64,000 bases of DNA from Marsupella aquatica (Eukaryota; Plantae; Marchantiophyta). Of the stretch, positions 51,762-63,131 are shown one piece after another; the first letter of the stretch is position 1, and each line of letters starts with the position of its first letter. The DNA lies in the NCBI GenBank assembly GCA_973895155.1, contig OZ316891.1:28277145-28341144 (forward strand). The letters run 5' to 3'. A program made the translations under genes and the position numbers. The notes under the pieces were generated by a model. That model worked only from the letters and a program-made list of their open reading frames with translations, was not told the DNA's origin and searched no databases.

Positions 51762-53758
51762 TTCTTGCACACGACTTGGACCAGACCTAGGAGTAGTGGA
51801 ATGATATCTAGTTTGACTTGAATCCTCTTCGTCGGAAGACATTGTTCAAACTCTAAATGCTATAGAAAAAATATAGTAGAATGGGTTACTTTGCTGAATT
51901 ATCGCAGAATGAGCCTAAGCTCTAAGCATGCGCAAGAAAGTTTCCCAAACTCTTATATTTGTCGACATCCCTACTTCGACCTATGTTATGTAATATCTAT
52001 AAATTCACAACCGTTTATCTATCAAGTGAACATATGTACGAGGAATCGTGATACCCATATAAAATATCATAGACCGAGCCAAAGCTCTAAGCATATGCAC
52101 ATGCGTATCTCGTTACTTGCAAGTAGTTCACTTTGAAAAAAAACAATGATGTGAAATTGTTAAGGCAACATAGGGAAGTTCAAGTACGAATTATAGTAGG
52201 CTGAACCAAGCTCTAACCATGCGCGTACAAGAGTTCCAATATATCCCTCTATTTTTTCTCCCTAATGCTAAATCACAAAGAGAAAAAAAACATGAGACTT
52301 TGGATTGGTGAAATGGATTAGTGGAGGCTCCTATTTATACTAATCTTCCTACCTTCCCTCGAGTTCCTAAAGCCCTAATTTTCTGACCTAGCATTGTTGC
52401 TTAATATACCCTAATCCCGCCCCTAACCCTAATTCCCACCACCCTTTCCCTAGCCACCTTCCCGAGCCCCAAACCCCGCCCATCTTCCCCGGGCCCGTCC
52501 GCCGACCCCCAAACCCTGCCCCCCTTCCCCCGGCCACCTTCCCCGGATGCCGACCCCCGAACCCCGCCCCCCTTCCCCCGGCCGCCTACCCCCGAACCTC
52601 GCCCCCCTTCCCGTGGCCCCTGACCACCTTCCCGAGCCTTCCCCTGGCCACCAGACCCTTCCCGGACTCCTCCGGACCCCGGCTCAGGGTCCCAACTTGA
52701 CGGTCTGGGGTTGGGGGCTTGCCAGCTTGCCGGCTCTGGGGTCGGGGGCTTGGGGAAGGATGGCAGGGTTCGGGGTTCGGCAGCCGGGGGAAGTAGGGCG
52801 GCGGGTTTGGGTCCGAGGGCATCCAGGAAGGGTCCGGGGGAGCCCGGGTGAGTTCGGGAGAATAATGTGGAATATCCGTCAAAGTGGGCCTTTTCGGGCT
52901 ATCATTTGACGGTTTGGCGTGCTCGGCAAGCCATCAAGTTGCCCGTCAGGTTAAACCTGTATGGAGTTTAAAAATACCTTCTATAAATACTGCAAGTCGA
53001 GTTCAACTGAACCTGTTAGCGGGAACCCGGGTTCACATTGGAACCCGAAGCCCGCCACAAACTTCATTGAAGGCCAACGAGAAAAGGGTGAGGGTGACAT
53101 TTCACAAAGTAACAAAGCATTTTAACTCTTTATATATGTTTTAGACTTCTCATTTGGTACACGTCGAGTAGTATCTTGCTAGTTAGAGTGTCTGGCTGGG
53201 AGTCATCAGGTGCTGAATTGAACTCTCGCTTCTGTCAACACAGAAATAGTAGGTTTTATTACATTAAATGCAAGTACTACGGACTCTAGATTGAAAAAAA
53301 AATTTAACCCCCGGTTTGAGCTGTCGGACAACTTGTCGTGTTGTCGGACATGACAACTTGTCATTTGTCGCCCGAAAATGACCCTATTTATCGCATATTC
53401 CTTTTTATGCCCCGGTCCAGCCCCGGCCCCACCCGGCCCGGCCCAATCCCTTCCCGGCCCGGCCCATTCCCTCCCCGACTCTTCCCGGCCCCTTCCATTC
53501 CCGGCTCAGTCCGGCACCCGGGTCGGCCCGGTCTCTTCCCGGCCCGGCCCCGCATCCCGCCCGGCCCCGCACTCGGCCCGCCCTCACAAACACTAGGTGA
53601 GGGCGGGCCGAGTGCGGGGCGTGTTTGTGAGGGCGGGCCGAGTGCGGGGCCGGGCGGGATGCGGGGCCGGGAATGGGAGGGGCCGGGCCGGGAAGGGGCA
53701 GGGCCGGGTCGGGAATGGTGTTGGGTATTTACTCTTACGTCTAGGTTAGGTATGACGT

Positions 53759-53937
53759 GGTTGGTACAACAACGTGGGTTGGTACAACTACGTGGTTAGG
53801 TACAACTACGTGGTTAGGTACAACTACGTGATTAGGTACAACTATGTGGTTAGGTACAACTACGTGATTAGGTACAACTATGTGGTTAGGTATAACTACG
53901 TGATTAGGTACAACTATGTGGTTAGGTACAACTAAGT
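53759..53937 (+). promoter_or_regulatory. 18-bp tandem array in the LTR U3 (GGTTAGGTACAACTACGT)n, 10 units; 9 units in the 3' LTR (59886-60046)
   Basis: Units counted directly. GG/GA variants alternate, giving a 36-bp higher-order period. Confidence 0.9.
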
Positions 53938-55347
53938 TGCACACTATATCATAAGAGGCATGTGTGCTTGGAGAGGTAGAACCAAGGCTCATTGTTATGG
54001 AGCCACTTGAGAGATAGGGAGAGCTTACACTGTGGAGACTCGGTATAGCCGACGGGCTTAGAGTTCAGTAAAGCTCTCTTGTGTGTTCCCATGGACGTAG
54101 CCTCAAGGAGGTGAACCACGTATCTCTTGTGTCGACTATTGTGCGTTGGATGGTTCATGGGCTTGCCATTGCGATCGTCGTCTATGCTCAACAATTGGTA
54201 TCAGAGCATGCTTGGGAGGTGACGTGTGTTCGTGACGGGATTTCATGACGGTTTTTCCAGCGTTGAGTGTTGGTGGATTTTCCAGAGTTCCATCGCATGG
54301 AACTTGGAGTTTATGGGCTCAACGGATAGATCAGGGCAAGAGCTTTCTAACGGTGTGAAGAAATCGTTGAACGGAGCTCGTGGTGCAGAGAGATCTAAGT
54401 TTTCGTCGTTCTGGATTTTGTGAAGAAAGTTGGCAATCGACTCAGAGGGAGAAGCGTCAAGTGTTTTGACTCAACGGAGAGATTGAGGCAAGACGATTGT
54501 TTTTGAGTCCGGGATTGGCTCTTTGATGCAAAGAGGAAGGCTAAGCAAAATCAATTACCTTGTTGGACTTGGTGACGGCACCAAGTGCAATTGATCAACA
54601 TTCGTTGTTGACAAGGTACCATTTTTTTCTCTTTGAAAAACTGATTCGAAATTGGCTATGGCAATTGAGAGAAATCTGTCATCTTTACCAATTTTTTTCT
54701 CCCTCGTTCTTTCCTCGTTTTGGGTGCTTCTTATATCGATCTTCATCGCCTCGGAGTCTAGTTTCCAAATCTGAAATCGGATCTTGATTTCGTCAAAACC
54801 CGAGTGAGATATCTTGCGTTTGGTGTTGAGGGGTACATTCTGCCGTGTGTATTTTCTGCGCGTGCGACTAGATTTCGACGACGAAGGGTGGTAGGGGGTT
54901 TTGGGGGTTCGAGGACACATGTCAGCCCCTCGATTGTTCTTCCAAAATTCCCACAGGGCCTGTACAAGGGTCATAGAATATTCCAAAAAACCAGAGAGCT
55001 ATTTTTTGACCGTCCGACAAAGATTTCATCCGCCGAATGGTAACTTTTTTGGTTATTTTTCGGCGAGGTCGTAGCCATTGAAGTTGGCAATGCAGCGCAC
55101 CAATCACATCACAATTCCGACAACGGGTTGTACTTGGTATTTCGGTTATTCCCTGAGGTGGTCAAAACGGGGGAGTTTCCCAAGGTTTTACCCACCTCGA
55201 CCGAAATTTGAATAACTTTTCCGTCAAATTTCGATTTTGATTTTGGTTTTCAGTATTGGACTCCTAGCTTTGTGGGCTACGCGGCGGTGTTGAGTTTTGA
55301 GTTTTTTGAGAAGTTGTGAAAAACAACATTTTTTGTGACTTTCTCAT

Positions 55348-58300
55348 ATGAGTGATTCGGAGGAGTTTTTCGAAGACGTGGAACTTGAAGCACGAGGATC
55401 ACCGCGGAGGTTTCAGGGGCAGAGAGAGGAGCAGGAGGAAGAGCACTGACACCGATACCATCACCGGTGCGGCGTGTGGTGGAGGAAGCAGTACTACTAC
55501 CGGAGCTCACGGTAAAGAAGAAGATGGGGACTTTCAAGCTTGGGGGACCCAAGTATGAAGTGACAAAGTATGATGGGCGCTCTGACTACTTGCTATGGGA
55601 GAAGCAGGTGAAGGGAGTGCTTTATGCGTCAGGGATGGGCCAACTGCTGAGCCCTCGTGAAGACGATGTTGATGAGAAACAATGGGACCGCATGCAGGAG
55701 CAGGGAGTGTGGTGTGTTACACTCTATCTCATGCCTCCCATCATCAAGCAGTTAGGTGCACATAAGGATTGCATGTCCTTGTTTGCGGAATTGCAGAGCA
55801 AGTATCACCGCAAGGAGTTGTCGAACCGGCTCTACACTTCCTACAAACTGATGAGTTTCAGGATGAAGGAATCTGGTACGAAGTTGCAAGACCATGTGGA
55901 TGCTTTCAACGACATGGTCGTTGACTTGGAAAACCTTGGGGAGACTTTGAATGATGAGACGAAGGCTCTGCAGCTTCTTAGTTCATTGCCTCTATCTTAC
56001 CAGTCCCTATCACGAGTGTTGTTGCATCGTGATAGGGATACCATTTCATACAATGACGTGGTAAGTTCTCTGCTTAGTGATGATCTTCAGCAGAAGATGC
56101 ACATCACGTCACAGCCTTCATCATCTGGTGCTGCCCTCAATGTTAACCGTGGGAGGAGTATGCAGCGACCAACTGGGGACCGTAGAACCCAGTTTAGATC
56201 TAAATCCAGATCTAAGTCCAAGGGTAAATCCCCTCAGAGGAGGCAGGTGACATGTTGGAAGTGCAACCAAGTTGGACACTTCAAGCGAGACTGTAAGGGA
56301 AAGGCAGCGGAAACTTCATCGGCAAATGTGGCTAGGGCTAATGGAGAAGCTGATTTACTCAATGATGAGTATGTTTTATGAAGCCGGGGGTATGCCCTGT
56401 GCACGTCATCTAGGAGAGCAGATGATGTGTGGATTCTTGATTGTGCTTGCTCTTTTCATATTTGTTACATTCGTGAGTTTTTCAGTTCTTACTCTGTTTC
56501 AAACGGTTCAGTTCTGATGGGAAATGATCACTCCTGTCAAATTGAGGGAATTGGGTCTGTGAAGATTCAAATGTTTGATGGCGCTGTGTGCACAGTGTCC
56601 GGAGTCAGGTATGTACCTGGCATGCGTAAGAATCTGATTTCACTCGGTGTGTTGGATTCAAATGGTCATCAATGGAGCGTTATTGATGGTGAACTTCAAG
56701 TCAGGTCGAGAGAGACAGTGATTTTGAAGGGGAGTAGACAAAAGAATTTGTATGTGTTACAGGGCAATACTGTATGTGGAGAGGCCAATGTAACCAAGTC
56801 TCACGAGGAGATGACTCAACTGTGGCATTCACGGCTAGGCCACATGAGTGAGAAGGGTTTGGCTATCTTACGGAAGAATGGACTCATTTCTGATTTGCAA
56901 TCTTGTAAATTAGAGTTTTGTGAGCATTGCATTCTTGGAAAGCAGCATCGTCGTGCTTTTGGTGTTGGAACTCATCGTTCCAAAGCGGTTCTTGAGTACA
57001 TACATAGTGACGTGTGGGGTCCATCCCTGACTCCCTCACACTCTGGAAAGTTGTACTATGTATCATTTATTGATGATTACTCAAGATTTGTGTGGATTTA
57101 TTTCATGACGCATAAGTCTGATGTCTTGTCCATTTTTAAGAAGTGGAAGGCCCAGGTGGAGAATCAGACTGGAAACACGATCAAGTGTTTGGATACAAGG
57201 GTGAAGAGTCTGAGGTCAGACAACGGCGGGGAGTACACTTCAATGGAATTTGAAGAGTACTGTTCAGAACAGGGGATAACTCGCCATCTCACCACAGTTT
57301 ATACTCCGCAGCAGAATGGTGTCGCTGAGAGGCTCAATCGGACACTGTTGGAGCGGTCACGGAGTATGTTGAGCCAATCAGGTTTACCACAAGAATTTTG
57401 GGCAGAAGCTGTCAATACCGCAGCTTATTTGGTAAATCTTTCTCCTTCTAGTGCTATCAATTTCAAAACGCCGTTTGAGATGCGCTATAAGCGGCAAGCA
57501 GACTATCATGGCTTGGTAATTTTTGGAAGTGATGCATATGCTCTCACACCAAAGCAGAATAGGACCAAGTTGGATCCTACCTCCAGGAAATGTATTTTTC
57601 TTGGGTACCAGAGTGGTGTGAAAGCCTATAGGCTATGAGATCCTATTGCCTGTAAGCTCGTTGTCAGTAGGGATGTTTCCTTCAATGAATCCAGATTATT
57701 GAAGGAGGGGAAGAATACTCAGGTCTCCCGTACTGACAAAGGAAAATCTCCTATCCTGGATCTCGTTGAGGGGGAGATTGGTTATGAGGTGCATGACCGG
57801 AGAGAAGGAGTTGCTCCAATTATGGAGCTGGTTCCTGTGCCAGAGGAACCAGAGGAGTTTGTTGATGCTGGTGAGCAACAAGTGGATGCTGTTGAGCTTC
57901 AAATTGTACCAGCACACGCGGATCAACCGGAGTCATCGGCTAGAAGAACATCTGGTCGCACTGTACGCGCTCCATCAAGGTATGGATAGTGGGTTGATTC
58001 ATCTCAACTGCAAGAGGATGATTTTACAGCTGATGATGAGGGTGATGCGTTAATTTTGGAAGAAGGAGAACCTTCTTCATTTCATGAGGCAAGTGCTTCA
58101 AAAGAGAAGCAGAAGTGGACTGCAGCAATGCAAACGGAGATGCAGTCACTAAAGGACAACAAAACTTGGGAGCTTGTTAAGCTGCCTAAGGGTCAGCAAG
58201 TGGTGGACAGCAAGTGGATTTACAAGCTGAAGGATAATTCCATAGGAGGTGGATCGAAGGTCTACAAGGCTAGATTGGTAGCAAAGGGATTCACACAAGA

Positions 58301-59654
58301 GAAAGGTGTGGATTACAATGAGGTCTTCTCACCAGTTGCTAAGTACTCTACAATACGACTATTGTGTGTACTTGTTGTAATGTTTGGTCTGCTTCTAGAT
58401 CAGATGGATGTTGTCACAGCTTTCCTCTATGGCACATTGGAAGAGGTGATCTTCATGAGACAACCGCTAGGTTTTGTGAAGAGAGGACAGGAGGAATTGG
58501 TTTGCAGATTGCTGAAATCCTTGTATGGGTTGAAGCAGTCACCAAGACAGTGGAACAAGCGGTTTGACGATTGGATTCGGTCACAAGGTTTTCACAGAAG
58601 TGTATTTGACCCTTGTGTGTATTTGAAACCGGTGAAGAATGTTGTCTTTGGGTTCATTGTTTTAGTACTTTATGTGGATGACATGCTAATTGCAGCCAAG
58701 GATAGGTCTGAGATTGTTAAGCTCAAGGCACTGCTTAGTGCAGAGTTTAAGATGAAGGACTTAGGGCCAGCTAAGAGGATTTTGGGTATGGAGATCACTA
58801 GGGACTTGGAGGCTGGCAAGCTATGGTTGACGCAGAGCAGTTATGCGAGGAAGGTAATTGCAAGGTTCAACATGGAGAATAGCAAGCCAGTAAGTACCCC
58901 GTTGGCTCCACACTTCAAGTTATCATCAGCGTTCTGTCCTACGGATGACACAGAGAAGGGGTTGATGTCAAAGGTTCCATATGACAAGGCAGTGGGGAGT
59001 CTCATGTATTTGATGACTTGCACTAGACCTGATCTTGCCATGGCTATGGGCAAGGTGAGCAGGTACATGTCGAATCCAGGGAAGGTACACTGGGAAGCAG
59101 TGAAGTGGATTATCAGGTACTTGAAGGGTACCGTGGATCATGGTCTTTTATTTGATGCGAATGCAAAGAATGCTAGATCATTGATTGGCTATGTAGATTC
59201 TGACTATGGACAAGATTTGGACCGAAGGAGATCAACAACAGGATACGTGTTCACACTTGGCGGTGGATGCATAAGTTGGAGGTCTACTTTGCAGAAGTGT
59301 ATTGCTCAATCTACTACAGAAGCGGAGTATGTTGCAGCTGCGGAAGCAGCAAAGGAAGCGATTTGGTTGGATAGACTTATCACTGAAATGGGATTGCCAC
59401 AGGGGAATGTGAAGCTCCATTGTGATAGTCAAAGTGCGCTCCACCTTGCTGTGAACCAGGTGATGGACAACAGAGTGAAGCACATTGACGTCAGGTACCA
59501 TTTTATCAGGCAGGCTGTGTCTGATAATTTGTTTGAGCTAGTCAAGATTGATGGTAAACTCAACCCGGTTGACGCATTTACCAAAGTGATTCCTTTGGAG
59601 AGTTTCTCTAGACACCGTGACGTATTGCAGGTTTTGCAATTGCATCACAAGTAG
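55348..59654 (+). pseudogene. Copia-2 gag-pol polyprotein (gag with CCHC knuckle, protease, integrase, RT, RNase H)
   Basis: CWKCNQVGHFKRDC; WILDCACSFH; LWHSRLGH...CEHC; SDNGGEY; YVDDML; CDSQSA...KHIDVRYHF. Stops at 56379-56381 (gag end), 57636-57638 and 57987-57989. A frameshift separates the conserved MSDSE start from the gag frame. Confidence 0.93.
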
Positions 59655-62600
59655 AGTTTTCTTAAACATTCATTGTAATTACTGATATATGCTCTTCCTC
59701 ATTCCTATGTATTAGGCTACGGCTTAGTTCTGGTTTGCTCTAGTTAGAGAGGGAAACCGGTTTGGTTTCTGTCCAGAACTTCCCGCTGAGGGATCATATA
59801 CATTGGCAGTATTACTCTCCCCTAGACCAGAGTCAAGGGGAAGATTGTTGGGTATTTACTCTTACGTCTAGGTTAGGTATGACGTGGTTGGTACAACAAC
59901 GTGGGTTGGTACAACTACGTGGTTAGGTACAACTACGTGATTAGGTACAACTATGTGGTTAGGTACAACTACGTGATTAGGTACAACTATGTGGTTAGGT
60001 ACAACTACGTGATTAGGTACAACTATGTGGTTAGGTACAACTAAGTTGCACACTATATCATAAGAGGCATGTGTGCTTGGAGAGGTAGAACCAAGGCTCA
60101 TTGTTATGGAGCCACTTGAGAGATAGGGAGAGCTTACACTGTGGAGACTCGGTATAGCCGACGGGCTTAGAGTTCAGTAAAGCTCTCTTGTGTGTTCCCG
60201 TGGACGTAGCCTCAAGGAGGTGAACCACGTATCTCTTGTGTCAACTATTGTGCGTTGGATGGTTCATGGGCTTGCCATTGCGATCGTCGTCTAGCTCAAC
60301 AAATGGGAGGGCCGGGCCGGGAATGGGCAGGGGCAAGGCCGGGAAGGGAAGGGGCCGGGAAGGGGAGGGGTAGGGCCGGGCCGGGAAGGGGGAGGGGAAG
60401 GGAAGAGGCCGGGAAGGGGAGGGGTAGGGCCGGGCCGGGAAGGGGGAGGGGGAGGGGAAGGGGGAGGGAAGGGGAAGGGGAAGGGCCGGGAAGGGAAGTA
60501 GCCGGGCCGGGAATTACCGGCCGGGAGCCGGACCGGGGACCGGGGTGGACCGGGTGACAACTTGTCGGTTGTCGAGTCCAAAGGCCTCTATTTGTCGGAC
60601 AAGTCCAAATCGGGATTTAACCCTTTTGAGTGCGTGGGGGAACCCGGGTTCCCGCTAGCAGGTTCAACTAGCGAATTTAATGCAAAGTAGGCAAGCCGAC
60701 GCCAGCAGCAGTCGAGAGTGGTGCATTGATGATCGAGTGGTGCATTGATGATGGCGTAGGAAGCAGCTCAGCAGCCTCAGCTGCTGGGTTTCGCTCATCG
60801 GCTCATCGGAGGGCTCCCCAATTTCTGGAGAATTGGTTGGGTATTGGGGCAGGACCACAGAACACGTTTGAGCCGGAATGTGTGAGCAGTCGATCATCCA
60901 TGGTTTTATGAGTGAGAACGGCTGGACGGGGAGCTAGAGGGAGGACGAGAATGTCGTCGGTGCTGACCTTCAGAGCTGCGGACTTTGACAGAGGGAGATT
61001 TGCAGGCATCACCTCGATTCGGTCCACTGAGAGAGAAAAGCCGTCGTCATCATCGACCAGCAGTTGCCCGTCTAGCACATGAGGATGTACGTACAGACAG
61101 CTACTGCGATGAGTTCGTTTCGTGCCGTTTGACTAGTAGACTGTCTCGCGTCTCCTACTCGACCTTTCAAACTTTCAAACGATTGTTGAGTGGCTGTGCC
61201 CTTGGGAGCATGAGCTCTGCAGGGGAGGTTCGTGGGTGCCGGATTGCTGGATCGTCGTCCGCTCTTTGGGTAGAGGGAGTGTAGCATATGACTGAATGTT
61301 TGCATTTTCTGTTGGATTGCGAGACTTTTCAGTGTACTTTGATACTGAAGTTAGCGAGTCTTGAACAGATCGAGACGAATCGAGAGAGAGTTAGGATCAA
61401 GATCAATTCCTTTCTATCTCCAGTTCCTTGATTCCTGCTCCAGACAGCAGCTTCTTCATTAGAGACAGGTCTGTCTTTACTCAACTATTGTGAGTTTTTC
61501 ATGGATCGTACTGAGCATTCTTGTCACTCCGAGCTCTTGGGACTTCCCCCGTCATACTCGTACTATGTTTGGTGTTCTCTAGCTCCACTTATCCGCTGGA
61601 GGATTTGCCAAGGACTTTAGCAATTATTTCTCTCTCGAGATTCTTCCTGGCATCGTTTCGTCGTCGCACTGACATACATTATGAGCTTGACGTCTCCTTG
61701 CCTTTTCACACATCGCCGAGCCCGAAGAATTCTTCGTGGGTGTGGCTCTCGCGTTGGAATGGTTTTCGCATCCGTCTCCTTCCTCTTTATTCCCACCGGC
61801 CTCGTGTCTCCTTCGTTGTCGAGAATACAGGAGGAGACGGGTCACACTCTACGGTGGTGCCGTCGAGTCCTTGTTGGTTGATCAACTTCTGTAATTTTTT
61901 AGAAGAGCTCCCTCCCAATACCAGACCAGTTCACTCCACTTGCCACGTTCAATTGCTTACGTGCACTGGTTCTGCGGATAAGCTATTACAGTAGTCCCTA
62001 CAGATTGAACGGCACCTCAACTGGCTCAGAGGACATAAGTTGGCACTCTGCTGATTTGTAAACTTCTCGTACTGTCGGGCGATTCTCGCGGCACTACATT
62101 GGACCTGTCTTCTGTGGTCAGGTCTCACGTTGCCCCGGACTCGTTCTGAACGATTACCGACAGGTTTGAAGTAGTTCGTCTCGCTCACTTGGATAGCCAT
62201 ACAGAGAGCGGGAGGCATGAGATGGGTATCGGGAAGCTCGTGATGCAGCCGTCTCGTTTGTGAGTAGGCGCCTACTGCCGCTACTCAATGTGGGGCCATG
62301 GTTGTTCGACGGATTGTTGGCCCATGCATTGCGTGGATATCTTTCCTAGCCCCCGTAAAGTAGGCGGATGTTTGGCGTGGAGTCGATAATTAGTGTTTTC
62401 TCTAGAATTTAACGATGTATTGCCCTAGAGGGGCTTTGAGGGATCGGCCAATTCTAAACTGGCCCAGCCAGTCCCACTGAACAACAGAATTGCATCTGAC
62501 CCAAACTGTAGAGATTGCGAGTAGTGTCACCCGCGGGACGTAGATTTAGCCGCGTTATCCATCACTTGTGGTATCTGGATGCATCACTGCAGCTATGATA

Positions 62601-63131
62601 ATTACTACTTGTTCAGTTATGGCTTTCGATTTGCATAGATTTTCGTTGGTTGTGATTCTGGTAGACTTGCTAATTGCTGAGAGTAAACGAGAGGCGCAGT
62701 ATCTTGGGATGTTCAAGAGTATAGTGTCCGAAGATGTAGATAATTTGAGAACTCGGTTAACTAAATTTAATAAGTTGAAACGACAGATGGAGAAGAAATT
62801 GGAGAACTACAAGGAAACGGGGAGGAGACTGTCTCGGAGATTTTCATCTCGGAAGCGTCTTCTTTCACTGAAAGGCAGGTTCAAGAAGTTTCTTTCCGAT
62901 CATCAGCTCAAAGCTGGGTAAGCTGAGGTCGTCTCCTCCACTACTGGTTCAGACTCGGACTCGGACATAGACGGAAGGGAAACCTCTTCTCCTCCTGCCA
63001 GAAGCGGAGTGATTAAAAAATCTTCGGGCTCCAGTCCTTCCTCGGACACTGACGAGGAATCTCCGGCTAAACTGGAAAAGAAGAAGAAATCGGATTCAAG
63101 CCCAGATTCCTTGGAGGAGAAGAAGAAGAAA

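Larger units (their letters stand above)
42390..51842 (-). mobile_element. hAT transposase pseudogene (BED finger, DUF659-like core, hAT dimerisation), split by copia insertion 44437-51761
   Basis: VW.YF...CKYC......TRAK.HL; AFY..GIPFN; IIQIVTDGA.NC; EWW..YG....L...A.RIL.Q..CASACE. Removing the copia and one TSD restores MSSDEEDSSQ...RVQE|HPSKQSPVW in frame from ATG 51842. Several stops and frameshifts. Confidence 0.9.
53719..60301 (+). mobile_element. full-length Ty1/copia LTR retrotransposon (Copia-2), young
   Basis: LTRs 53719-54193 and 59846-60301 differ by about 3 substitutions, one 18-bp unit and 1 bp. TSD AATGG, PBS TGGTATCAGAGC at 54196-54207, PPT at 59835-59844. Confidence 0.98.
53310..60614. 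mobile_element. inner GC-rich foldback TIR element with 8-9 bp TSD, split by Copia-2
   Basis: Ends CCCGGTTTGAGCTGTCGGACAA / TTGTCGGACAAGTCCAAATCGGG. ATTTAACC(C) is duplicated at 53302 and 60615. C-rich left arm, G-rich right arm. Confidence 0.7.
53008..60666. mobile_element. outer TIR element (non-autonomous) hosting nested insertions
   Basis: TGAACCTGTTAGCGGGAACCCGGGTTC at 53008 is inverted at ~60640-60666. Boundaries and TSD are uncertain. Confidence 0.6.

Noticed and set aside
42355-52959. CAGGTTT...AAACCTG as hAT terminal inverted repeats
   Set aside because: Only a 7-bp match, no 8-bp TSD, and the left site overlaps the transposase 3' end.
50157-53799. Pro/Gly/Arg-rich ORFs at 50157-50848, 52547-52909 and 53338-53799 (also 27805-28663, 60255-60581)
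   Set aside because: Stop-poor GC-rich repeats of TE leaders and MITEs, with no domain signal.
53741-53992. VVPNH-repeat protein ORF (also 59868-60101)
   Set aside because: Antisense translation of the 18-bp LTR array.
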